DNA from: Nitrososphaerota archaeon
GTDB lineage: Archaea; Thermoproteota; EX4484-205; JAAOZP01
NCBI GenBank assembly: GCA_011605725.1
Contig: JAAOZP010000004.1
Span: forward strand, 160,001-224,000
Reading direction: 5' to 3'
Length of the DNA stretch: 64,000 nt
Position 1 is the first letter of the stretch, and each line of letters starts with the position of its first letter. This document shows, one piece after another, positions 41,984-51,173 of the stretch. Below the pieces are notes generated by a model. It had not been told where the DNA came from and did no database searches. It worked only from the letters and a program-made list of their open reading frames with translations. Made by a program: the position numbers and the translations under genes.

Positions 41984-42205
41984 TTAATTTAAAAGCTTTA
42001 TGAATTCTTCTTTCGTGATTCCGACTTGAGCCATTATTTTTAATAACGTGGTTGGAGCTATGGTTTCGTGCCGTGGTACTACTGTGAACCGGTGTTCCGG
42101 CCCCTCTAGGATCAGGTGGCTTCCTCTCTGCCTAACCACTTTAAACCCTTTCTTGCTTAATGCCTTAACTACGTCTCTCCAAGAGAGAATTGGAAGCTTA
42201 CTCAA
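41984..42205 (-). CDS. HicA toxin
   Basis: KKGFKVVRQRGSHLIL..TVVPRH...TLLKIM. Confidence 0.92.
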   Translation of the reverse strand: MSKLPILSWRDVVKALSKKGFKVVRQRGSHLILEGPEHRFTVVPRHETIAPTTLLKIMAQVGITKEEFIKLLN

Positions 42206-42428
42206 TTGCTACCTCTACCGTCTTTTTCCCCTTCGCCACTCTTTCCTCCAAATGCTCCAAAGCCAGTTCGATAGCCTCTTTCACGTTTCTTATAGCCTCC
42301 TCCTCAGTTGCACCCTGCGATATCGCCTGAGGAATCTCGAGGCACTGAGCCACGTACAGGCCCGTTTCCTCATCCTTCTCCAGGGCGACGGTAAAGGTCT
42401 TCATGCGAGGAAAAAGGCTGAAAGGCAT
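42198..42428 (-). CDS. HicB antitoxin (short; true start probably MKTF)
   Basis: YVAQCLEIPQAISQGATEEEAIRNVKEAIEL. Confidence 0.9.
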   Translation of the reverse strand: MPFSLFPRMKTFTVALEKDEETGLYVAQCLEIPQAISQGATEEEAIRNVKEAIELALEHLEERVAKGKKTVEVAIE

Positions 42429-42857
42429 TATTAAGCTTTATGATACGTTGCTACTTCAAATACTGCGTCGGAACACTTTACGATGCTTATGCCATGCGCA
42501 TCGGTGGACCAAGCGAGACCGTAGGTCACATGGCGGTTGCACGCGCTCGCTACAATCATTCACCGAGACTAATTATATAAGCGTCAAGGGTCGGGTAGGT
42601 CCCTGCCGGGGTCTGTAGCGCACGCTAACAGCCTACCCGGATAGAAGTGAAGCATTAGAACTCATAATAATCTGTAGCGCGCGCTATCTCTGCCAAGGAG
42701 TATAGCAAGCTGTACAGAAAAATTTAGAAAGCGAATTCTCGTGAGAGCACGCGCTATTTTAAAAAGTCGGTTAATTCAGGAAAAATATACCACCGGCATT
42801 ATTCTGAAACTGCTTAATTCAAACTGTTTTATTTTTATCTTATCTCCAGCACGCTAC

Positions 42858-43325
42858 CTACCTGCTTATCATCACTACTTCATTCTTCAAGTCGGTGAAA
42901 TGCTTGTCTCCCGTAACTACCTTAGCATTTGCTCTTCGTGCTGTTGCCAATATTATCGAATCAGCTAAACCCCAATTGCTCACTTTGTTCTTTCTCTCGA
43001 CATCTATCTCGCCTGAGAGCTCCGCAATATCGCGCGACAGGTCTATGATCTCCGTAATGGTTCCAATGAACTCTAGCTTTGCCCTCCTGCCTTCAACCGT
43101 TTCCACTCCCCTTTCAATTTCCTTAAGCAGTTTTCTGCTCAGCTCTGCGATTACTACTGACGGGGTTGCTGAATCCTCCTCCTCGATATAGTGCTTCGCC
43201 GCCTCCCCTGGCTTCGAGCCTCTGAAGTACTCTATCCAAGCATATGCGTCAATCACATACTCATAGCTCATGAAATTCTGCTTCCTCCTCTTCCTTAAAC
43301 CGGGAAAGCTTAGGGTTCGAACCAA
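42858..43325 (-). CDS. VapC/PIN toxin (true start probably MSYEY, about 43271)
   Basis: VIDAYAWIEY, VIAEL, GLADSIILATA, VTGDKHF. Confidence 0.9.
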   Translation of the reverse strand: MVRTLSFPGLRKRRKQNFMSYEYVIDAYAWIEYFRGSKPGEAAKHYIEEEDSATPSVVIAELSRKLLKEIERGVETVEGRRAKLEFIGTITEIIDLSRDIAELSGEIDVERKNKVSNWGLADSIILATARRANAKVVTGDKHFTDLKNEVVMISR

Positions 43326-43461
43326 ACATAGAAGCAGGGATTTCCATCTTTTCAGCTAAGAGCTTTTGCAGGACTTCATCGTAGCTTTTCGCAAACAGCT
43401 TCTTCTTTAAAGCATCTAGGAGTTGCCTGGTTCTTCTACTGACTTGAATAGTAGTAGTCAT
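43261..43461 (-). CDS. VapB-type antitoxin
   Basis: MTTTIQVSRRT...SYDEVLQKLL. Confidence 0.85.
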   Translation of the reverse strand: MTTTIQVSRRTRQLLDALKKKLFAKSYDEVLQKLLAEKMEIPASMFGSNPKLSRFKEEEEAEFHEL

Positions 43462-43468
43462 AATTATA

Positions 43469-43482
43469 GTTATAGCTATAAC
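43469..43482. promoter_or_regulatory. Palindromic operator upstream of vapBC
   Basis: Perfect palindrome GTTATAGCTATAAC between the TATA-like element and start codon. Confidence 0.55.
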
Positions 43483-43883
43483 CCATACTTATATTTTTCT
43501 CTCCTGGGACTGGTGCAGAACCTGTCAAAAGCACCACAAACCATCTATGTATGGTTTAGCTCAGCCTTTCTTCTATAACAAGGCAGGGATTTGACACGAG
43601 TTTGTTTTCCGATCATTATCCGCTTAAACGAAGGCGTTTGATTGGAAGTAGGCTGAGCGTCTAAAAAGCAGCCCCCAAGATTCCGACTACTATTGCGACT
43701 ACACCGATTAGTGCTGAAACCCTCTTAGTCATTGACAAGCCTCGTTAAATCCTTCCCTATAAGGGGGTACGCTGGGTAAAATAGCGCGCGCTATACTATC
43801 TTGGGAAGCCCCACCCTTTAACGAACCTTTTTATTAGCTTAGGAGTTATGTTTTTAAGTCTCTGAAGAAATCAGTAATGCGAG

Positions 43884-44074
43884 ATGGGGAGAGCGACTCT
43901 GGAGCAGGTTTACCGTGAGATCCGGCTTCTTAGGGGGATTTGAACCGTTTGGAGAAGATGCTTATCCCCGAGGCAGAGCCTGAGGAAGATGAGGTAAGGG
44001 CAGTAAGAAGGGGCAGGAAAGAATTCCGGGAAAAGCGATGTGTCGAATGGAGCAAAATCAGGAAAAAGATTTAA
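43884..44074 (+). pseudogene. RelB-like antitoxin, frameshifted in a G-run
   Basis: MGRATLEQVYREIRLLRG / DLNRLEKMLIPEAEPEEDEVRAV. Confidence 0.7.
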
Positions 44075-44075
44075 C

Positions 44076-44338
44076 TTGGCTTTTAAAATCGTCTTAACGC
44101 ATCAAGCACTCAAAAGCTTCGAAAAGCTCCCCCTAAAGGTAAAAAACGCGTTTCAGAGGCCTTAGACGCTCTGGTTCAAACACCGGTTCCGTTCAGAAGC
44201 TTCGACGTTAACAAACTTAAAGGCTTTAGAAACACCTATAGAATAAGGATAGGCGACTGGAGAATAATCTATGAATATGATTCGAAAGCAAGAGTAATAA
44301 TCGTCCATGACATACTGACAAGGAAGAAAGCATACTGA
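44076..44338 (+). pseudogene. RelE toxin, frameshifted in an A-run
   Basis: FKIVLTHQALK / FDVNKLKGFRNTYRIRIGDWRIIY..RKKAY*. Confidence 0.82.
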
Positions 44339-44579
44339 TTTTCAATATTTCAAGCAGTGGATTCTTCAGTCTACCCTGAGTAAGAGTATCTCTTGGCTAT
44401 GACCTGCTTTCCTTTCCATATCTTTAGCTGTATGACATGTTCAGGTGTTACAAAGAATCAGCCCTTGGCTAATTATTGCTAGGCTAAGTACAGGTAAGTC
44501 AGACAATTCCTATGAGAAAAGAATTTAAAGGCTAGGACCCTATTTAGGGTAACGAGCTGCTATGTCGATTCCGCGCGCT

Positions 44580-44683
44580 AAAATATACGAAGTAAAAGCA
44601 AGAAGCGTAATGCATAAAACCAAAATTCTTGGTGCGGATTGGGGTATAAACTATTATCGTGGTTGTACCCATGGGTGCATTTA
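44580..44683 (+). pseudogene. About 100-bp N-terminal fragment of SplB-like radical SAM gene
   Basis: KIYEVKARSVMHKTKILGADWGINYYRGCTHGCI; cut inside CxxxCxxC; motif copy on each side. Confidence 0.75.
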
Positions 44684-44781
44684 GCGCGCGCGCTATCCTT
44701 CAGCAGGCGAAGGGCAATTTCACTTAACGTCCTGCGTATAAAAGAAGTTGCCGAAGGCAATTTGGGCGAAGCGCGCGTTAC

Positions 44782-44928
44782 CTAGTCAAGGGCTTTCTCA
44801 AGCATAATCCTTTGCTCAATAGATGCAATCAGCTTACGTGTAAACACTGCAACATCAGGATTGATTGAGACTGAGTCGATGCTGTATCTAACTAGGAACT
44901 CGTTAAACTCCCGATGGATATTTGGGGG
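44782..44928 (-). pseudogene. ppsA: PEP synthase 3'-end fragment D
   Basis: [47 protein letters not shown]. Confidence 0.85.
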
Positions 44929-45049
44929 CTACTTAAACAGCTCTAGGAAGTCCTCCTTAAGCAATTCTGATTTTGAATTCATAGCTGCTTCTACCCTCCA
45001 GCGCCCTTACTATCTTCGGGATAAGCATCTTCCACCTCTCGCCATTCAT
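44929..45049 (-). pseudogene. Internally deleted paralog of the 354-aa ORF at 52297-53361
   Basis: MNGERWKMLIPKIVRALEGRSSYEF aligns without gaps to MDAERRELLANRLAKELSERYGCEF; ends ELLKEDFLELFK* vs EFLKEDFPELFK*. Confidence 0.7.
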
Positions 45050-45162
45050 TGTGAAACGGGAAACTTAGCTCGGAAGAGGCGCAGAGCGGGCTCTATGAAA
45101 TGGGTGAAGAATCAAGGTGCGAAGAGCCGATAAAGTTTATATAGTAAGAAAAAGGTTACACA

Positions 45163-45378
45163 TTGAAGATGGAGTTTACAGTAATCATAGAGAGGGATGA
45201 AGACGGTTATTATGTGGCAGAGGTCCCTGATCTAAAAGGTTGCTACACTCAGGGAAAGACATTGGAAGAAGTTATGAGGAACATTAGAGAAGTTATAGAA
45301 CTTTGTTTAGAAGCTGAAAAAGGAAAAGAGTTTCCAAAGAAAGAACTAATAGGAGTTCAAAAGATAGAGATCGAGTAA
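45163..45378 (+). CDS. HicB antitoxin
   Basis: ERDEDGYYVAEVPDLKGCYTQGKTLEE. Confidence 0.92.
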   Translation: MKMEFTVIIERDEDGYYVAEVPDLKGCYTQGKTLEEVMRNIREVIELCLEAEKGKEFPKKELIGVQKIEIE

Positions 45379-45410
45379 AATACTGTCTTCATCAAGCGGG
45401 GGAATCTTTT

Positions 45411-45650
45411 ATGAGGCTTGTTCCGGTTTCCGGCGAAGAATTAGTGAAAATCCTCTATAAGAAAGGTTTCATAATAAAAAGGAGGAAGGGAAGCCATGTT
45501 CAACTGGAGGATGCTGAAGGAAGAAGAGTAACAGTGCCAATACACCCGGGAAGAGTTATTGGAAGAGGGCTGTTGAGAAAAATATTGAGAGACGCAGAGA
45601 TATCTATAGAAGAATATGAAAGGCTTAGACAAGGAAATACTGTGACTTAA
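45411..45650 (+). CDS. HicA toxin
   Basis: RRKGSHVQL..RVTVPIH...GLLRKILRDA. Confidence 0.92.
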   Translation: MRLVPVSGEELVKILYKKGFIIKRRKGSHVQLEDAEGRRVTVPIHPGRVIGRGLLRKILRDAEISIEEYERLRQGNTVT

Positions 45651-45707
45651 GGAGTAGAAGAGCTTATTCGATCTTCCGAGGTAGCCTAACCTTTATAGCG
45701 CGCGCTT

Positions 45708-45829
45708 CTATACGGGTATTCTCTATGTCTGAGTATGATGTGGCTACCAGTCTGATGGTCCACTTCATAGCCGATCTTGGACAGGGCCTTTACAACTTCT
45801 AGGCCGGAAACAACGGGAAGCTTAGACAT
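45708..45829 (-). pseudogene. HicA toxin truncated by the palindromic motif
   Basis: MSKLPVVSGLEVVKALSKIGYEVDHQTGSHIILRHREYPYR, then motif 45696-45707. Confidence 0.85.
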
Positions 45830-46055
45830 GAATCTCCACAAGCTCTTCCTCTATCGATGGAGGTATCGGCTCACCGTGTTTCTTCAGGCTTTCCAAGTAG
45901 CCTCGAATAGCATCCTTTATGTTTTCAATGGCTTCTTCCCTAGTCTTCCCCTGAGAAATACAGCCAGGCAACTCGGGAACCTGGGCCACGTAGAAACCAT
46001 CTTCATCCCGCTCCAGCAGTACTCTAAACTTCATGGAATAAGGTCTAGGGAACAA
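45822..46055 (-). CDS. HicB antitoxin
   Basis: ERDEDGFYVAQVPELPGCISQGKTREEA. Confidence 0.92.
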   Translation of the reverse strand: MFPRPYSMKFRVLLERDEDGFYVAQVPELPGCISQGKTREEAIENIKDAIRGYLESLKKHGEPIPPSIEEELVEIHV

Positions 46056-46223
46056 AATATTTAAGCATTACCAAAAAGACCTCCGGCGCGTGCTGGAGGA
46101 TGCAGTACCCGATGACAGTAGGCCGGAAAACTAAGAGTAATAAAATTTGGTAATCTCAATGCTAAAAAAGCATTTGACGGGGTAAAACTTATATTTTTGG
46201 GTTAAAAATTGAAAAATGGGTAA

Positions 46224-46472
46224 ATGGCAATAGTAAGGGTTGATGAAAGGGGGCGGATGACTATCCCGAGGGAAATGGGTATTAGAGATACAAGAGCAGT
46301 AGTGATACCTGCAGGAAACTTCTTCATCACAATACCGCTTCCAAAAGCACCTCGGGAAGAGGCTGAAGGATGGATGGCTACTGTAAAGGACAGGAGGCAG
46401 TTGAAGAAGCTGGCTGAGAGCGCTGCCAAGAGAGATGCTGTAAAACGTGTAAAAAGGAGGGGGCAACTTTGA
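46224..46472 (+). CDS. AbrB/MazE-type antitoxin
   Basis: VRVDERGRMTIPREMG. Confidence 0.85.
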   Translation: MAIVRVDERGRMTIPREMGIRDTRAVVIPAGNFFITIPLPKAPREEAEGWMATVKDRRQLKKLAESAAKRDAVKRVKRRGQL

Positions 46473-46885
46473 TGGTGGAAACCGATATACTTTACGCCTA
46501 TGTGAAGAAAGAAGACTGGTTAAAGAAAGTTGCTAGAAGCCTAATATTGAAAATTGAAAAAGGCGAGTTCGAAAAGGTATATGCATCGAGGGAGGCTCTC
46601 CATGAAATGTATTATGTGTCTAGAGAGGAAGGAGTCTCAGTAGACGAGTATATTTCCAGAGTGGTAGCACTAACCAATATAAAGAACTTAGTATTCTTAG
46701 AGACAACACATGAAATCGACCTTCTAGCGTTAACTCTGATGAAGCAATACGGCTTAGAATCGATTTTCGACGCTTACTATGCTGCAACTGCATTAAACCA
46801 GGTTCCAGACCACTCGATAATATCTACTGACACTGTTTTCGACAGGATACCTGGAATAACGAGAATCGATCCGCGTGAAATATAG
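46469..46885 (+). CDS. VapC/PIN toxin
   Basis: VETDILYA, ALHE, SIFDAYYAATA, IISTD..FDRI. Confidence 0.88.
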   Translation: MMVETDILYAYVKKEDWLKKVARSLILKIEKGEFEKVYASREALHEMYYVSREEGVSVDEYISRVVALTNIKNLVFLETTHEIDLLALTLMKQYGLESIFDAYYAATALNQVPDHSIISTDTVFDRIPGITRIDPREI

Positions 46886-46940
46886 GGTGCAAGTGTGCAT
46901 GTGGAATTTTTCACTCCTTTTTAATTTTCTTTTAAAGAGG

Positions 46941-47095
46941 CTAGACCCTCGTCTTCCTTGACTTTAATTCGAGTATGCTGTTGAGCCAATCAAGATAATC
47001 TGGGTTTCCCATGGTTATTGGGACAACTATTATCTCAGGAATATCGTATGGATGATTATCTTTAATAGTCTTCTCAAGCTCGTTGTAAAGGCTTT
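46941..47095 (-). pseudogene. cutA: CutA divalent-cation tolerance protein, C-terminal fragment
   Basis: KSLYNELEKTIKDNHPYDIPEIIVVPITMGNPDYLDWL; cut at motif 47096. Confidence 0.85.
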
Positions 47096-47176
47096 TAGCG
47101 TGCGCACAACTCTAACAACAGACGATAAAGGAGAGATAGATGTATATCTCTCTAACTATGGTTCTAGCGCGCGCGA

Positions 47177-47371
47177 CTAATTGGAGATTTTCGTAAGAAA
47201 GGGCTTTACACTTGCATAGCTAGAGACATAAGAGATCCGGAAAACACTAGGCTGATTCAGGAGATAATTAAAATCCAGCACAATGTAAGGTCTAACTTGA
47301 AGAAATATAGCCTAGGCTTGATAAGGATAATACATGAGCATGTGTTAATCTGGAGGAAGGAGTCTGTTTAA
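47177..47371 (+). pseudogene. C-terminal fragment of an N4/N6-type DNA methyltransferase-like protein
   Basis: LIGDFRKKG...EIIKIQHN...IIHEHVLIWRK; starts at motif 47165. Confidence 0.6.
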
Positions 47372-47380
47372 GATCAGGCT

Positions 47381-47902
47381 TTAAACTATTTTCTTGGCAG
47401 CTTCTATAGCCCTCTCCCTCTGCTTTCTACTAACGTAAAGGCCTTGACTTATGCAAGCGTCTAGAATTCGAACGTACTCGTCGACTGATTTTAAGTAGTT
47501 GCTTCTCAGCGCATCGTGAAGAATTTCCGTAAACCATCTTGTCTTCACACCCAGCTTCTTCGCGACTTCAATAGCCTGCTTATCGTTAGCAAGGAATATT
47601 TCTCCCAGCTCCTTTGCTAAGGCTATAGAGTAGGCTTCTCCAAGACCTAGGCCTCCCTCAATAAGGCTTTCCACAAGCTCGATTGAATGCTTTTCCTTAG
47701 GGTCTTGAAGAATAATCCATTCTTTTCTGGCTTGGGAGATTAGAGAGAAATCTTCATCGCTGAGAAAACCCCGTTTATAAAGGTGAACGATGTCCTGCCA
47801 AACTGGTGAGCAAACCCTTACCGATCCATAAACATTCTTAAGAAGATCCAGCCTTCTTATTTTCGCAAGGTAGATTATAGGGCTTGTGTTGGAAAGCGTC
47901 AA
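47381..47902 (-). CDS. DUF3368-type PIN domain protein
   Basis: SNTSPIIYLAKI..LDLLK, LGLGEAYSIALA, FLAND..A. Confidence 0.85.
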   Translation of the reverse strand: MTLSNTSPIIYLAKIRRLDLLKNVYGSVRVCSPVWQDIVHLYKRGFLSDEDFSLISQARKEWIILQDPKEKHSIELVESLIEGGLGLGEAYSIALAKELGEIFLANDKQAIEVAKKLGVKTRWFTEILHDALRSNYLKSVDEYVRILDACISQGLYVSRKQRERAIEAAKKIV

Positions 47903-47909
47903 ACCTTAT

Positions 47910-48155
47910 CTAATCATCTGGTCCCCTTACTGGGATCCTTGCCCTAGCCCTTATGTAGTCAAACTCTGTAACTGGTAAGCCGGCTATTTCAGCAGCCCTG
48001 CCTATGGATACTCTACCTTCCATGTAGAGCTCTAAGCCCAGTTTAATCCTGTTCGGAAGCGAGTTAACGTAATCCCAGTCTATGGGCACAAGTAAATCAT
48101 CCTCGGTAAACCAGTACTTCTTTGTCTTTAACGCCTCCTGAGACATGCAGTTCAA
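47910..48155 (-). CDS. UPF0175 family antitoxin-like protein
   Basis: LELYMEGRVSIGRAAEIAGLPVTEF. Confidence 0.85.
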   Translation of the reverse strand: MNCMSQEALKTKKYWFTEDDLLVPIDWDYVNSLPNRIKLGLELYMEGRVSIGRAAEIAGLPVTEFDYIRARARIPVRGPDD

Positions 48156-48255
48156 TGATTAAATACTATCCTCTCTTTAAATACTTTTTCCATATGCGCA
48201 AAATCTAGAAGGAAAGAAGAGCTGTATTATAACATGACTGATAAAACTCATAATT

Positions 48256-48540
48256 GTGAAATACTGGGTCTGCACAACATGCGGAAGATTAACTCCAGCC
48301 GTATCAGGATTCTGCACTTACTGTAAAGCTCCTTTGCCTAGCTTCATGAATTCTCCAGATCAAAACAATAACGGAATATTCCTAGGCTTTAATCAAGATA
48401 ATAAGTTTTTCCTACCGTTAGAATTCCTCCCTTACCATTTTGCTTTCTACGGCGTTACGGGAAGCGGGAAGACGAGGCTTGCCATGAAATTAGCGATAGA
48501 GGCTGAGAAAGTTGGCTTAAAGCTTCTCATACTTGATTAA
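48256..48540 (+). pseudogene. Zn-ribbon plus N-terminus of a HerA/VirB4-like ATPase, truncated
   Basis: CTTCG..FCTYC; HFAFYGVTGSGKT...LLILD then stop. Confidence 0.7.
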
Positions 48541-49465
48541 AGCTTTACATTATGAGTACAGTGGAGAGGTTCAACCATACATTTGGTGCCCTGAGACTGA
48601 AGCCATGTGGAAGGAGATAAAATGTGGAGGAGGTTGGCCTTCTGGAGGAAATGAAGGAGATTGGTGCAAAGTCTGGTGGCTAGATTGGACAGGCTGGAAA
48701 TGGAGGCAAGGAGTTTGGGATCCTGATCAAGGCTATTGCATAATAACAAGCGGGCAAGCTCCTAATAATGGTTGTACTGATGATAGAAGGGAAAGCACAG
48801 CTAGCGGAATAGCTGACCTTTGTCCAGGAAATACAGCAGGAGATGGAAAGTGTGAGCAAGCATGCGGAGCAGATGCAAGCTGTGATGAAAAAGATACTGG
48901 CGATACATGCGGAACAAACGGAAGATGTGCAAGCTATTGCTTGTGCTGCGAAGGAAGCGATAGCGATGGAGGTAAAGTCTACACAGTGAAAGGAACCACT
49001 TCTGGATATTATCAAGGGAGTTGCCAGAGCTTCAATGATACTTGCGTCTGGGAGCTTGGAAAACTATACTTGCAAGAATACTTCATTTCTGACAGGAGGA
49101 TAAATTCTGAACTTTATGACTGCAGCCAGAGGACTGATGGGTCGATAAGATGCATAGATGGAAAATGTGGTTGCATGTACGATTCAGACTGTCCTTCTAT
49201 AGCAGGAAGAAAAGGAACATGTGTGAATAATATTTGTCAATGGGGTCCTTGCAAAGAAAATTCTGATTGCGATCCTGGATATTGTTGTGAAGCAAAGGTT
49301 GGTTCTATCACTATCAACCCGCCATACGGCTGTGTTTCTCAAGGAACGATAAAAGATAATAAGTACCTATGTGACCCTCCTGAATGGAATGGTGCTTCAA
49401 AACAAACTATTTTTGGTTTGTTATTCTCCTATTTCAAGATTTTAATCCAAAAAATTATGGGTTAA
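48533..49465 (+). CDS. Cys-rich extracellular-type protein, probably N-terminally truncated
   Basis: Very high Cys content; DSDGGKVYTVKG; C..DSDC repeats; no signal peptide visible. Confidence 0.65.
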   Translation: MIKALHYEYSGEVQPYIWCPETEAMWKEIKCGGGWPSGGNEGDWCKVWWLDWTGWKWRQGVWDPDQGYCIITSGQAPNNGCTDDRRESTASGIADLCPGNTAGDGKCEQACGADASCDEKDTGDTCGTNGRCASYCLCCEGSDSDGGKVYTVKGTTSGYYQGSCQSFNDTCVWELGKLYLQEYFISDRRINSELYDCSQRTDGSIRCIDGKCGCMYDSDCPSIAGRKGTCVNNICQWGPCKENSDCDPGYCCEAKVGSITINPPYGCVSQGTIKDNKYLCDPPEWNGASKQTIFGLLFSYFKILIQKIMG

Positions 49466-51077
49466 TCCTTTCCCATTTCCCATCAGGCCTTGTAAGTTGA
49501 AGCTCTAATGCATACTTTCCTTCTACATGGTCTTTTATCAAAGGCTCAGCATACTGCCACCATCCAAACATGTAAGGCAAAGTTGTTTTTCCGTACTGAG
49601 AAATTTTTTCATGAAGCTGAGGAGAAATTATCACGTAAGGCTCGCTATGATAACCACCACTGTTTGGGTATTTATCAGTTAAAACAAGAGCAGCCCTTCC
49701 GAAAACTCTAGCAATTAGCACAGAATAGTATGGGCAAGTTTGTCCTTCCATAGGAACTACTGCTTCAAGTCGCCATGGAATAAACCCTCTTGATAGTGCC
49801 CTTGGATAACCTTGGATGAAAACAGCAACTTCATCCTCTTTCATTAAACCATCAAAAGAAACAATTATATGATCCTTTTCTACCGTATTGCCAAAAAGTT
49901 TTTTATAAGCTGCATCTGAATTTGGCCACTCACCATAAGCAGGATGCCCTCTAACCACTTCATCTATCGCAAGCAAATACCTAAGAGTTTTCTCCCTGAA
50001 ATCTTTTTTACTCATTTCATCCAGCCATTGCTGTGGAGTCTTTCCATCAATACTTGAGTCTGGCGACACATTCCTCCAACCTATTTCCAGGCTAGGTGTT
50101 ATTTTACCGTTAATGATGTTGTGCCACCCGCTTACAATATCAATCTCAAATAGATCTATAGGAAGAAGCCTTTGCCTCCTGTACCATGCTTCTATTTTTC
50201 CATCAGGTATATTCAAATCATACTCAGCTTCTCCACTATCAAGCTTATCCACAACATATTTTACAGCCTTTTCCACAACGCTCCAAAACTTTGCTTCATC
50301 TTGAGAAGCCATTCCAGTTCCATAGCCAACATCATCAACTTGTATAGCTCCTTCCCTCCATTCCTTCGGATATTTCAAAATATTCTCAACATGCTTCGCT
50401 AGCCTTAACATGTTAGCATGCTTTCTTGCATTATCAAAATCCTTGTTAACCCCATCGTTTTCACCAAGCTTCCTCACGCTTGCTGAAAGAGAATCATTTC
50501 CAATCTCATTTATCAGCTTAGAATAACTTCCAAAGTAAGAAGTAGCATTGTTCAAAGCATATATCTGCGAAAACTTTTGAACTTCTCTGCCAAGATTCTG
50601 GTAAATCTTCAAAGCCTCTAAGAACAATTCATTTCTGTCTAAATTTATCCTAGGGTCTCTCTGAAACTGGTCATAAACGATTTTAACTAGGCTTGAGTTA
50701 GCAGAGTAAGCTGGTAAAACTTCTTCATAATTCTTAGCAAACTGGGAAAAATCTTTAAGAAAGTTCAAACCATCATACTCATTACTATTAGCGAAATAAA
50801 GGTAATCCAAGCTATCTTTCAGATTGCCAAAAGTTTTCAAGCTCTCTTCAGCCAAAGCTCTATCATTAGCCCAAGACTTAGCAAAGCTTACCCAAGTAGA
50901 ATTACCATTCTGCTTAGGATATTTAGCTATGAACTCTTCAGCCTGCTCATCGCTAAGACCAGCATCCCTGTAGGGTCTTCTAGCCTGCTCACCCAGATAA
51001 TGGTTGTAGAGGAAAACCCCAGTGGCACCGGCAGTAAACAGGATGAGAACGATGCCTATTTCAAGCATCCTCCGCAA
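49455..51077 (-). CDS. Hypothetical membrane-anchored protein
   Basis: N-terminal TM followed by a 500-aa soluble region. Confidence 0.65.
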   Translation of the reverse strand: MRRMLEIGIVLILFTAGATGVFLYNHYLGEQARRPYRDAGLSDEQAEEFIAKYPKQNGNSTWVSFAKSWANDRALAEESLKTFGNLKDSLDYLYFANSNEYDGLNFLKDFSQFAKNYEEVLPAYSANSSLVKIVYDQFQRDPRINLDRNELFLEALKIYQNLGREVQKFSQIYALNNATSYFGSYSKLINEIGNDSLSASVRKLGENDGVNKDFDNARKHANMLRLAKHVENILKYPKEWREGAIQVDDVGYGTGMASQDEAKFWSVVEKAVKYVVDKLDSGEAEYDLNIPDGKIEAWYRRQRLLPIDLFEIDIVSGWHNIINGKITPSLEIGWRNVSPDSSIDGKTPQQWLDEMSKKDFREKTLRYLLAIDEVVRGHPAYGEWPNSDAAYKKLFGNTVEKDHIIVSFDGLMKEDEVAVFIQGYPRALSRGFIPWRLEAVVPMEGQTCPYYSVLIARVFGRAALVLTDKYPNSGGYHSEPYVIISPQLHEKISQYGKTTLPYMFGWWQYAEPLIKDHVEGKYALELQLTRPDGKWERINP

Positions 51078-51173
51078 CTCTAACAGGAATAGTCTTCACT
51101 CAGGCTTATTAGCTTTAACAGTAAGAGCCGGGGAAAATTAAATAGAATTGAGAAAAGCGGGTTTTGAAAAAAA

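Noticed and set aside
42616-42756. CRISPR array interpretation of the motif clusters
   Set aside because: Repeat is only 12 bp, spacer lengths are irregular, and there are no cas genes or leader
43954-43968. 15-nt match GAAGATGCTTATCCC with the reverse complement near 45018-45032
   Set aside because: Short, and explained by both coding KMLIP; no extended homology
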